A stretch of 64,000 nt of DNA from Blastocystis sp. Blastoise (GCA_039096225.1 JBBPEB010000021.1:558001-622000); one strand, 5' to 3'; shown: positions 11,201-26,242, numbered from the stretch's first letter. The notes: generated by a model not told the origin, from the sequence alone. A program made the numbers and translations.

Positions 11201-12225
11201 TCTTTATATTTATCTATTTTTTAATACTTTTTCATATTGAACACGTGAGGCCTTAACGGTCAAATTTAGATTGTCAATTTGACATGATATTCTGATTCAG
11301 GAGGTCAAAAAACCTAGGTGTACCAATTTTGAGCTCCTGAGGACGATTTTTGAGTGATCCATATTTTCTTCGATCTTCTTATAATGGACTAATATTGTAG
11401 TATTGTAATCAATAGGTCCTCAAACTACTATGGTTAAAACAAAGTCTTAAAATAACGAGTTTAAAAGTGACAATTTTGAAAAATGTGAATTAAGTGGTCT
11501 TAGAGTGAGAGATTCAATATAATGACTTTTATTTAATAAACTAGACTTATAACTCTATACTATATTAAAAGGAGAGTCAAAATTATGAAGGTCAAAGTGT
11601 ATCGGCAAAATGTAAAGTATGTCTTAAAATGTTTAAAGTGTTAGCTGTTGTTTTTACTCATCCAAGTCAAGTCTACTCTTAAAATATTAGCTTTAACTAA
11701 TAAGTTAAAGGTTGTCAATTTGTCAAAATGTTTTAAACACTCTCTTAAACAAAGAGATTCAAGAAGTTGACTTTCATTTTATACATAGCATGTGTATATA
11801 AATACTTTCTCAAAAGAGCTTTGGAAAATATTGTGGATGAGTGTTTTGTCAAATGGTAAAGTTATATAAAGAGTGAATTGTTTCCATTCCTTTTTGTTTA
11901 AATCAATGTTTCGTGTTTACTCTATAAAAATAACTTTTTAATACTGAGTTTAAAGTTTAAAAGTCAACATGTGTGTTTGGTTTGTTTACTTTTAATTATT
12001 AAAATTGAGTTTAAATACATAAATTATGTCATACACGTCTATACTGATTGATTCAAACAGTTTTGAGATGACTTAGTTGTTTCAGTTAAAATGGATTTGT
12101 TCTCATTGTGACTGTTGTTGAGAAGAGGAAGTCTCAAAAAACTATAAACAGTTAGATATATGTATATAATGTCAAAATTTAAAAGGTATAATCTAAAAGA
12201 GATAAAAATAAGTTTAAAAAAAGAG

Positions 12226-12277
<52 letters not shown>

Positions 12278-12309
12278 GTAAAAAATATTAAAAAACAAGA
12301 AAAATAAGA

Positions 12310-12376
12310 CTTCATGTCAGGAATTGAACCTGAAAACAATCTATAATGATTGCTTCTCTCCTTCTAGAGCATAAAG
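12310..12376 (-). ncRNA. tRNA-like cloverleaf (pseudo-tRNA) inside Helitron-2
   Basis: Minus strand: acceptor CTTTATG/CATGAAG, D-stem CTCT/AGAG, CAATC-ATTATA-GATTG arm, T-arm TCAGG-TTCAATT-CCTGA. Spacing is non-standard and the anticodon loop is 6 nt. Confidence 0.5.
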
Positions 12377-12423
12377 GGAGTTTAAAGAGTAATAATAATA
12401 ATTAAATATATATATATATATAA

Positions 12424-12990
12424 TAAGAAGGAAATGAAGAGGAAGAAAGAAGTAGGAAGAAGAAGAAGGAAGAATTAAGGATGAAGAAGAAGGAAGAAGG
12501 AAGAATCAAGGATAAGGAAGAAGGAAGAAAGAAGAAGGAGGAAGAAGAAAGAAGGAAGCAGGAAGAATGATGAATGATGAAGCAGGAAGAAGTAGGAAGA
12601 AGAAAGAAGGATGAGGAAGAATGAAGAATCAAGGTGAAGAAGAATGAAGTTGGAAGAATAAGGAAGACGGAAGAAGGAAGAAGAATGAAGTTGGAAGAAT
12701 AAGGAAGAAGGAAGAAGTAAAATGAAGAAGGAAGAAGAAAGAAAGAATAAGAAGACTATTAAACCTATATACAATAAAAACATATAAACATATAAATAAA
12801 TAAATAATATAAATATGATAAATAAATAATATAAATATAATAAATAAATATAATAAATAAATAAATAAATAATATAAAATTAATAAATAAAATAAAATAA
12901 ATGAATAAATATAATAAATAAATATAATAAATAAATAAATAAATAAATAAACATATAAATAATAAAAATAATAAATAAAATATAAATATA
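12424..12990. repeat. Purine-rich degenerate (GAA)n tract followed by a (TAAA)n tract
   Basis: Low-complexity sequence; the overlapping ORF-track calls are artefacts. Confidence 0.85.
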
Positions 12991-13661
12991 TACCTATAAA
13001 TTAATCTGGAACCACAGATTAAAAAAGAAAGACATAAAAAAACGAAAACCACAACACATCAACAACATTTTCTTTCCTATAGAACAAAAAAAATAATAAT
13101 CCATTGAATAAATTATATATAAAGAAAAAATAAATAAAATACACAAATAAAATAATAAGTAAAACAGATGAATAGACAAATGAAAAAGAAAATATTATAA
13201 AAAATATATATATTTATATACCTGACAATAAATAAGCCATGTAGTACAACCAGGACCACTTCAAGAAGCTTCTATCACCACAACCAAGACAAATACAAAA
13301 GAATCCTATAGAAAAGTGTATTATTTTAAATAAATAAATTAATATATACAAATAAATATAAAAATAATAACTATACAACATCAAATTAATTAATAAAACA
13401 TACCCAGACAATCAATACAAACAAATAATTAAAAAATATAAGAAACTATAGTTTTTGGGTACCCAAAATGTTTTTAATAAAAAATGACCCAATTATCAGT
13501 TTAGCAATAAAAATTATTAAAATTCAAGGTTAATTATGATTCCTATTATTTTTAAAGGTACATATTTTAAATGTAGACCCTTTTTTTACAAAAGTTGAAA
13601 TCAAAATAAGATTTTGTATTCTCCATAAAAATACTTATTTTATAATTAGTTATTAAATAAG

Positions 13662-16600
13662 ATGCCTAAGAAGACTCGGATGTCGTCCAGGCGGAGGTCT
13701 TTGAAACAAAAGACCTATGTATCCCAGAAACGGTCAAGTATGTATTGTATTTATTTTTTTATTATACATATATAGGTTCTTCTACTCAGATGGATGCAAG
13801 CATGGATATCATTGATGGTGATGGTGCTTATCAATATGGTCTTGAAGGTATATATTTATACATTTCTTTTTGTTTTATTATTTTATATTATCTTAGATTC
13901 TTCTATGTCCATGGTGTCCTATTCTGATGATGGTGTAAGGTTATCGTGTGGTATTGAAGGTATGTTGGCATTCATTTGTTTTTATTTTTATATTTTTATT
14001 TATCTATAGGTTCTTCTATTGTTGTGGATTCTGTTGCTGGAGCTATTGATGATGATATACACTCCACTAATGGTCTTGAAGGTATGTTGTCAATCATTTA
14101 TTTTATTTTTTTTTATTTTTATTTATCTATAGGTTCTTATACTCATGATGATGTTGTTGCTGATGCTATTGATGGTGGTGTTAACTCGACTCATGGTCTT
14201 CAAGGTATATAATCATTCATTTATTTATTTATTTATTTTTAATTATTTCTTTTATTTCCTATTTATATGTTATTATAGGTTCTTCTGTTGCTATGAATGT
14301 TAGTGCTGATGTTATTCATAATGAAGGTATATATAATATATTTTCTTTTTCTTCTTTTTGATTTATACTTTTATTTTATAAATATATATAGGTCCTTCTA
14401 TTAATGGTAGTGATGCTAAAGGTATATAGATATTTATTCTTTTCTTCTTTTTTAATTTATTTTTAATTTATTACTCTTTTATTTATATATAGGTTCTTTA
14501 ACTCAGTTAAGACCTGGCTTTTCTTCAGCTTCTTCTTTAGAAGGTATATATATATATATTTATTATTTATATAAATATATATTATTATTATTATCTCTTT
14601 CATTGATAATATACAGGTGTGTCTTCTAATGTGAGAGAATATCATCCTGTTGGTGCTGATGTTACAAATATAACTATATCTAAAGGTATATATATATTAC
14701 ATATATTTATTTTATCTTATTTTAAATATATATATCTATGTCTTTTGTCTCTATAGGTGTTAGTGTGAGTGATTCTTCAGTTGCTGAAGGTATATATATA
14801 TTACATATATTTATTATATATTTCTTTTAATATATTATATCTATGTCTTTTGTCTCTATAGGTGTTGATGATAATAGTTCTTCAATGACTAAGGGTATAT
14901 ATATATTACATATATTTATTATAATATCTCTTATTATATATATATCTATGTCTTTTGTCTCTATAGATGTTAGTATTAATAATTCTTTAATTGCTGAAGG
15001 TATATATATATTACATATATTTATTATATACTTCTCTTATTATATATATATCTATGTCTTTTGTCTCTATAGGTACTAATAATGTGATGGGTATGTTAAA
15101 AATAATCTTTTAGTTTTCTTTTCTTTTGCTTATTATTATTTTGTTATTATTTTCTTTTCACAGATAATAGCTTTCTATTATCTGCTTTCTTATAGTGTCT
15201 ATTTATTTATTTAACTACTTCGTTTAGCTGTGCTACTTAGTATGTTAATATTTAATAGAATACTTTCTTTTGTTTTCTTTTTGTTTTGTTAAAATTGATT
15301 TATTTAATTTATATTGTGTCGAAAAAAAATGGTAAGGTTGTCGACTATTAAGATAATTCTTGAATTACTTAATATTGAATAGTGTGGAGTCTTTAAATAT
15401 TTGTATTAAATTATATTTAAAACATCTATTGATCGCCTGTGTGACTCATACTATTGTTGACTATTGTTCGCCTCTAATTCGATATAGCCTAACCGATGTT
15501 ATATACTATCGATGCTTGAGCTCTTATTAAGTGTTGAGTTTCTGCACTTACTCGCATTGTACATAGATATAAACTGGGTAGTTAGTGATATGTTTTAGAT
15601 ATGTTGTAACAAAGCACAATAGTTATAGAAGTCCGTTATGAGCGGATCTTAAGGATTGTTTAATAAATAATACAATATTAAATATCTATACTTATTTAAT
15701 ATTAGTTTTCATTAATTATAATATTATCTTTCATTATGTTTAATATTGAAGATAATTATTAATTAATAAAGTGTTTACTTTATGAATTGATAAATATTTC
15801 ATAGATACTCTATGATATATTTATATTAATTAGTAATTACTTCATTAACTATAATGAGACTTAATACACTTAATAAAATACTTATCATATCATTAACTTT
15901 ACCATAAATTATAATTAATATCTAACTATTAATATATATAGGTTCCAATAAGGATAAAATAAATAATAATGATTTATCTAAATCATTTGGTTTTAACTCA
16001 AAACCTTTAGCTTTGTTTTCGATTTTTAATATACAAAATAATATTCCTTTACAAAACATTCAAAACAATAATTCAAATAACAATATTGATATTGATATAG
16101 ATAATAGTTATTCACAAATAAATAATAATAATTCTATATTAAATAATGGTTCAAACCTACTTAATCAAATGAATCCAGTTAATCAATCAATTAATAACAT
16201 ATCTATTGTTCAAAGTCAAATTAATAATAATAATCAATCTATTCCTATATCAACTACTATTATACAACCTACAGAAAATAATACTTCTGTTTCTAATAAT
16301 AATAATGATTCTATTAATACTTCTTCACACTCTTTACCTGTTGTTACTACTATTCCAACTAATGTAAATATATCTAACAATAATAATTCTACAATCATTA
16401 ATGATAATACAAATAATTCAAGAAATAACACTAATACTAATAATAATGAAACAATAATACATAGAAATAATAGATCTATTAATTCCATCATGAATAGTTA
16501 TTTAACTATTCCTGATTTAAGTCCTATTCTTCCTCCTTTAAGTATTCTAACAAATATTCCTCATATTAATTTAAATAATGATAATGAATCAGAAATTATA

Positions 16601-19600
16601 ACAACAATACCTAATAGTAGTAGTAGTAGTAGTTCAAGTGATAGTAGTAGTAATAGTAGTAGTAGTAGTAGTAGTAATTTTTCTGATAATGATTCTGATT
16701 CTGATTATATTGATCCTTTTCCTGATATTAATAGTAATACTCAAAATAATGATGAAATACCAGTTGTAAGAACTATTAGAAGACCTATAACAGATAATAG
16801 TATGTTTTTTTATTATTTAAATATATTTATTTAATACTTTTTTATAGTTGAAGAAGACATAACTATTCATCCTATTATTAATAGAGGAAGAAGAAGAGCT
16901 TTAGATATTTGTATGCTATTTATATTTTATAATCCTTTATAAATAATTAAATAATAAATTATTTTTATAGATAATCAACAAAGATTATTATATCCTGGAT
17001 TACATAATTGTATTGCTTCTATTCAAAGAAGTATTTATATATATTTAATATTGATTTTATATTATTTTATATAGATTCTCATGGTGATTTTGTATTAAAT
17101 GAAGCATTGAATACTTATAAAGCTAATTATTTAGGTGATTTTAATGTTCATTGTGAATATTGTCATGCTAAACATTTTGAATTAGAGAAAGGAATGAATG
17201 ATAAGTTTTATACTTGCTGTGGTAGTGGTAAAGTAGTTCTTCCTGAGCTTCCTGATCTTCCTAATACTATTCGTTCTTTATTACAAAGAGATAATCCAGA
17301 TTCAAGAGAATTTATTAATAATATTATTCGATATAATAATTCTGTTGCTTTAGCTTCTTTAGCTGGAAATAATACTTCTGATGATGATTTAAGAAATTCT
17401 TCTGGACCTTTACTATTTAAATGTGGAGGTAATATATATCATACTTTTAAGAGTGCTTTAGATTTTGATGTGAATGATCCTACAAGACATCCTATATTCA
17501 ATCAATATTATATGATAGATGGAGATGAAGCTACTCATATGAGAAGTATGAATCGATATTTTTGTGATTTAAAACCAAATATTTTACAAATATTAGATAG
17601 TACAATAAGAGAATATCATCCATTAGCTCAAATATATAATTCACTTCGAGAAAGAGTAGATGAAGTAATAGAAGAGAATAGTCAAATGAATAGAAGTAAT
17701 ATTAATTTATTAATAGAATTTAAGAAACAAAGAAGAGAAGTACCTGATATAAGAAGATATAATACTCCTCAAGTAGATGAAGTAGCAGTAATATATCAAT
17801 ATAGAGAAGGAGGAGTAATGCCAGAAAGAAGTTATTGTTGTTTTCCTAGAAGTGGTATGGAAATAGTAGCTACTAATAGTAATAATGAACAGAATCGTTA
17901 TACTTCAGGTCAATATATAGTAATGAAGAATACTAATTCTTATATAGATTGTATGGTTTATCCAGTTATGTTTCCAACTGGAAGACAAGGTTGGTATCCA
18001 GATTTATTATCATTGAATCGTTCTAATCAAATAACTATTACTATGTTAGAATATTATAATTATATGCTTCAAATGAAAGATCCACCTTATGATAATTATT
18101 TATTAAAATATAAGAAATTAACTTTACAATATATTACTGATAATTATATACGAGTAGAACAAAATAGAATTAATTATATACGAAATAATCAAAATAAATT
18201 AAGAGCTTCAACTTATCAGAATATAAATAATATGTTAGAAGAGAGAGGAGATCAAATAAATGAGAATGATAGAAATATAGATAGAATAGGTAAAGCTATT
18301 ATATTACCTTCTTCTTTTGTTGGTAGTCCAAGAAATTTACAACAGAAATATATGGATGCTATGAGTGTAGTTCGAGAATATGGTAAACCTGATTTATTTA
18401 TTACATTTACTTGCAATCCAGATTGGCTAGAAATAAAGAATAATATTCCAGAAGGTTATACTGTTAATGAATTTCCAGATTTAGTTTCAAGAGTGTTTCA
18501 TTTAAAGTTGAAACAATTACTTTCTGATATAAAGGATAAGAATATATTTGGTACTGTAGAAGCTTTATTATATTCAGTGGAATTCCAAAAGAGAGGTTTA
18601 CCACATTCTCATATATTAATTATTTTAGATACGAATTCTAAATATAGAACAGAAGATGAAGTAGATAGTATAATAAGTGCAGAGATTCCTGATAAAGAAT
18701 CAACTCCTCTTCTTTATGAATTAGTTAAGAAACATATGATTCATGGTCCATGTGGTCCTGATTATGATACGAATTGTGTTTGTATTGATAGATCAACAGG
18801 TAAATGTAGTAAGAGATTTCCAAAAGAATATATAGAGCAAACTAATTGTCATTTAAATTCTTATCCTTTATATCAAAGAAGAAATATTCCTGATAGAACT
18901 ATTACTCTTATTCGTAGTCATAATACTTATACTATTGATAATCGTTGGGTAGTTCCTTATAATCCTTATTTATTATTGAAATATCAAGCTCATATTAATG
19001 TAGAAGTCTGTTGTAATATTCAAAGTACTAAATATATATATAAATATGCATTAAAAGGAAATGATTCTGTGATAGCTCAATTACGAAGAGTGAATGATAA
19101 TGGAATAGTAGACGAAACTCAAGCTTATTTAGATTGTCGATATGTTTCTCCTCCTGAAGCTTCTTATCGTTTGAATTGTTTTGAAATTACTTATAATTCT
19201 GTTTCAATTAATAGATTACCTATTCATTTACCTGATGATCCATATATATTATTTCGAGAAGGACATGAAGAAGAAGCATTAAGAAATAGTTTAGAGAAAG
19301 GTACTAAATTAACAAAATACTTTGATTTAGAGAAAGAAGTTCAGAATCAAAGAAAGATATATACTTATTATTATATAGAGAAGAAGCATGGTATTCGTAA
19401 TATGAATAATGTAGAAGAAGAAAGAGAATTGATTCAAGTTCGTTTAGAAGAGATAAATAGAATAAATAGTTATGAAGTAGATGATGATAATATATCAGAA
19501 GAATTATTGAAAATATTAGATGAGAAATATCCTATTTATGCTTATCATGAAATACCAAAATATTATGTATGGAAATCGAATACAAATACTTGGAATAGAC

Positions 19601-21687
19601 GTCAGAGAGATATAAAAGCTTTAGGAAGAATGTATTATGTGAATCCAAAAGATAAAGAACGATATGCTTTGAGATTATTATTATTGAATACGAAAGGAGC
19701 TGATAGCTTTGATTCTTTGAAGATAGTAAAAGGATTGAATAGTAATGAACCTTATAGAACCTTTAGTGAAGCAGCTATAGCAAGAGGATTATTGAATAAT
19801 GAGAGAGAAGTATTTGATTCATTTTCAGAAGCTATTGTTTTTGCTACTCCATGTCAATTGAGACAATTATTTATTACTTATATTTCAGAATCATTATTAA
19901 CAAATGTAAAAGAGTTTTGGATTCGATTTAAATCATTTCTTAGTGAAGATTATAAACATTCAATGCATAATAATGAAATAGATTATATAAATACTCCTTT
20001 AGCTCAAGATTTAGATTCATCAAGTGTTATAGAAGATGATACTAATACTGTTCTTCAAGATTATGAAATACGTACTTTACAAGATATAAAAGAGATGATG
20101 ATAAGTATAGGAGTGAATTATAATGATTTAGGATTACCTCAAGTAGAAGAACAACATCATTATAATGATTATAATTATAATCCTACTTTAGAATTACAAG
20201 AAGCTAATAGAGTAATAGAATTATTAAATGAAGAACAAAGAAATGCATTTGATAGAGTAATTCATTCAATAGAAAGTAGTAGAATAGAAGATAAGTTATG
20301 TTTCTTTTTAGATGGTCCAGGTGGAAGTGGAAAGACTTTCTTATATAATAGTTTATTAAGTTATTTACGTGGACATAATAAGAATGTATTACCTGTAGCT
20401 TCAACAGGAATTGCTTCTACTTTATTACCAGGTGGTAGAACAGCTCATAAACAATTTGGTATTCCTTTGAATGTTGATCCTGATTCTACTTCAAATATAG
20501 ATTTAGCTAGAGATAGAAGAAAAGTAGAAGAAATAAGAATAGCTGATTTAATAATATGGGATGAAGCTCCTATGATGAAAGGTGATTGTTTTATGGTAGT
20601 ACATAGATTATTATGTGATATAATGAATACAGAATTAGATATTCCTTTTGGTGGTAAAACAGTAGTATTAGGAGGAGATTTCAGACAATGTTTACCAGTT
20701 ATAAGAAAAGGAACTCAAGCTCAGATTGTTAGTTCTTCTATAAAGTTTTGTTCCTTATGGAATTCTATCAAAAATAATGTTATTCATTTATCAAGAAATA
20801 TGAGAGCTTTAGAAGGAGCAGATGATTTTAGACAATGGTTATTACAAGTAGGAGATGGTGTTCTTTCTAATAATTATACTATTAGTCATCATTTAGATAT
20901 AGATTATATTCCTATTCCTCCTCAATGTATTGTAAATGATGATTTATGTGTTACTGTATTTGGACATCGAATCAATACTTCTCTTGATTCTGATATCAAA
21001 CGATTAGCTTCTTCTGTTATATTAGCTTCTACTAATGATTGTGTTGGTACTTTAAATGATTTCATTGTAGATAATCTTCTTTCTGGAACTACTACTCCTT
21101 ATATCTCTTCTGATTCTATTCTTGATTCTGAAACAGATGATCCAGAATCAAATTATCCTATCGAGTTTATCAATTCTCAAACACCTTCTGGAATGCCTCC
21201 TCATATATTAAATTTAAAAATAGGTTGTATCATTATGCTTTTAAGAAATCTTAATCCTTCTAAAGGATTATGTAATGGTACTAGACTTATAGTTACTCGA
21301 TTAGGATCAAATAATATTACTGCTACTATTTTAAATCCTCCTCCTTCTCTTACTATTGATGAACGTACTGTTATTATTCCAAGAATCATCTGTAATTCAA
21401 ATCCTGAAGATCTTCCTATTATTATATCCAGAAGACAATTTCCTATTCGTTTAGCCTTTGCAATGACTATCAACAAATCTCAAGGACAAACATTTGAAAG
21501 AGTTGGTGTTTATTTAGATCGTCCTGTCTTCTCTCATGGTCAACTCTATGTTGCTTTCAGTCGTGCTCGATCTTTCAACGCTCTTTTTATTAAGGTAGTT
21601 GATAGTGTCTCTCAAGGTAAGATGATTAGTAGTAGTAATGAAATATTTACTAAGAACGTGGTCTTCAGGTCTACTTTAAATAATTAA
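13662..21687 (+). CDS. Helitron RepHel, predicted long spliced form (17 exons, 2087 aa)
   Basis: Exon 1 13662-13737, twelve micro-exons 13776-15090, then 15942-16799, 16848-16910, 16971-17030 and 17075-21687. All introns are GT-AG and phase 1; the total of 6264 nt is in frame. The micro-exon-to-15942 join is inferred. Confidence 0.65.
13776..15090 (+). repeat. Tandem array of 12 symmetric phase-1 micro-exons
   Basis: Exon lengths are 72, 63, 72, 72, 48, 30, 51, 69, 33, 33, 33 and 18 nt. Many start AG/GTTCTTCT or AG/GTGT and most end (G/A/C)AAG/GTAT. The last units repeat every 105-106 nt with near-identical introns. Confidence 0.88.
15318..15646 (+). ncRNA. Candidate multi-stem structured RNA element upstream of the RepHel exons
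   Basis: At least seven nested complementary segments, several needing G-U pairs on the + strand (listed in findings). Confidence 0.45.
17075..21687 (+). CDS. RepHel core exon: Zn-finger, HUH Rep (Y2) and Pif1 helicase
   Basis: CEYCHAKHF..CCGSGKV; GKPDLFITFTCNPDW; VEFQKRGLPHSHILI; YIYKYALKG; DGPGGSGKT; WDEAPM; GDFRQCLPV; AFAMTINKSQGQT; HGQLYVAFSR. Confidence 0.97.
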
Positions 21688-21988
21688 ATATTTTCTTTTC
21701 TCTTTTTTTCTTTTGTTTCTTTTGTTTTATTTGTTTTATATTGTTTTATTTGTTTTTTATTATTTATTTATATTTAACTTTTCAAATTTTAACTTTTTAT
21801 TTGTTCTAAAAATGTTTATAATAAATTTTTACTCTTTAATTTTTTACTTTTTATTTGTTTATAAAATGTTTATAATAATAAGCAAGGTTGTTTTGTTAAC
21901 TATTGTTTAATACATAATTTTAAAACCAAACTGCACAACGCAGCCGCGGCGCGTCGCCGTTAGGCGGTGCGCCAGCGGCGTTACCCTA

Positions 21989-22369
<381 letters not shown>

Positions 22370-22762
22370 TTTTATATACCTTTCTTATGAACACTATCAC
22401 AATAAATACATTTCATACTATCATTTATATTTCTTTGAAATGAAAATCCATATATAGCTGTGTTTTGTTTACACACATATAAATACGTTGGAATAAAAAA
22501 TCTATTTGGTATATCATGATATAAAGAACGGATATAATCTTGAGTATTACGAATCGGTAGTTCTATTGAATAATCATTATTAAATCTGTTCATAAAGGAG
22601 CGTAATGTTTCTATAAATACACCAAGATCAGCAGACGAAGCATTTGTTTTCACCATGTAGTTAAAAATGGAAACTTTAATAAATGTATCATCACTATCAT
22701 TACTGAGATCATTAAAATATAATTCCTTTTGAGAGTTCTAAGCATTATATAATATAGAAATT

Positions 22763-22831
<69 letters not shown>

Positions 22832-22849
22832 CAGAATATTAATAATATT

Positions 22850-23096
<247 letters not shown>

Positions 23097-23912
23097 TACA
23101 CAACGAGAAATAATGTGTAAAATAATTGACTTGAGCAAAATTCGTGGTGAATAGCCGTAATATATTTTCTTGAATTGTTTTATATCTTCCTTTATTTCCT
23201 CCACGTCAGACAACTCAATTTGAGAATTATTTATTTCATTGATTTCTTCTTCATCATAATCGAAACTTGAATCAATTTGATAATCATTATTAAAATCATA
23301 ATCAGTAGGAAAAGTGGTTGAAACATCTTTAGAAGCATCATTATTTGTATTTAAAGAATTTTGGGAATAATTTAGACCATTATCGCAGCAAACATCACAA
23401 TTTTTATTACATATGTAGACTTCACTTTCATGCAATGGCTCTGTGTAAACAATTTGGTTGTCAATATAATGTTTTTCAATAGATTTGCTAGTAGAACCAT
23501 CTTCAATTTCTGTTAATAAAAGATCTATTTAAAACAATAAAAGTTAAATAAGTTTCTTATTTAGAAAATTACCATTATTTGCACATTTTCCAGAATCAGT
23601 AATATTTTTTGAATTTTGTTCAATATCTTTACAGTTCTTGTTCATGTCTTCTACAAAATTCTTGTTGGCATATGTTTTAGGATGCTTACATACAAAAACT
23701 AAAATGATTAAGCATTGCTAGAAAAATAAAATATATAAATACACTTCTTGGGTGTTTTTCTTTGTCGTATTCGACCAGACATGATTAAATAAGTTATAAT
23801 TACTTATTGATAAGCAAATAATAGTTTGTTTAAAAGATTTTTAAAAAGTCTCTATTTATGGGAATTTATTTTAATTATTTGATAAGAAATTTATTGGTAA
23901 ATTTACGCTATA

Positions 23913-25423
<1,511 letters not shown>

Positions 25424-26119
25424 TCTTCTTATCTTTATTGCTTATATATATACATTTATATTCATATATTAACCATTTTTCTTTATCTCTTTTTTTAGCT
25501 TTTATTATTTATTATGTATGTATTAATATCTTTTCTTGGTCAACTCTTTATTTATAGCTTTTAAAAATGACAACTAGTGATTATAAATAATGTGATTATT
25601 ACAAATTAGATTATTGATAATTTTATTGTTTTTGTTTTCTTCTCTTGTTAGAGTAAAGAAGAAATTGTCTAGAGTATTTTATTCATGAACTTTAAAAGAA
25701 ATAATAAAAGGAAAAAAATGTTAATTTGTCCAAAATATTATTTTGATATTCTTAAATAAAGTACTTCTATAATGTGCCTACTAAGTGTTCTGGATACATT
25801 TAACTGCAAATTATATAATAAAAAAATAATTAACAAAATGTCGACATAATCATAGTATTATTTTTCATTGTTTTTAAGGTTATTCTAACTTTCCATACCA
25901 AAATAAACACAGTAGACATCTATATTCAACAGATTAGTACAATACTTTTTCCATCACTAGTAACTAGCTATTTCTAGAACATTTTCATATCAGTTACAAC
26001 TATCATCGACTTTCCAAACAACTCATAATGTTTTAATTCAAAATTATATACTCTAATACAAAATATTTATAAAAAAGAATTGTTGTGTTTGCTTTTTATA
26101 AAAAAATACACAAAATGAG

Positions 26120-26242
26120 TATCAAGCGCCAGTTGGTGGTCAAAAAGTGGAGCTAAGAAAAGATTTAAGAGCGTGTTCATTTTTTTTGGCGCTTAGGGGT
26201 ACCACCAAATGGGGCTACACGGGAAAAACCTGCCTTTCAGTG
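26120..26242. mobile_element. Candidate right terminus of the CACTA element
   Basis: GC-richer block with inverted motifs ending in CAGTG at 26238-26242 (CACTG on the minus strand), just before host genes resume. The partner terminus is not in the window. Confidence 0.4.

Noticed and set aside
14685-15090. Repeat-spacer pattern (near-identical ~72-nt repeats, 33-nt variable spacers) resembling a CRISPR array
   Set aside because: The repeats are GT-AG introns and the spacers are mutually homologous in-frame exons; no cas genes; eukaryotic context.
15318-15660. Group I intron, hammerhead or Fanzor omega-RNA identity for the structured region
   Set aside because: No P7 GACTA/TAGTC core in the right context, no CTGATGA..GAAA core, and no TnpB/Fanzor ORF in the window.
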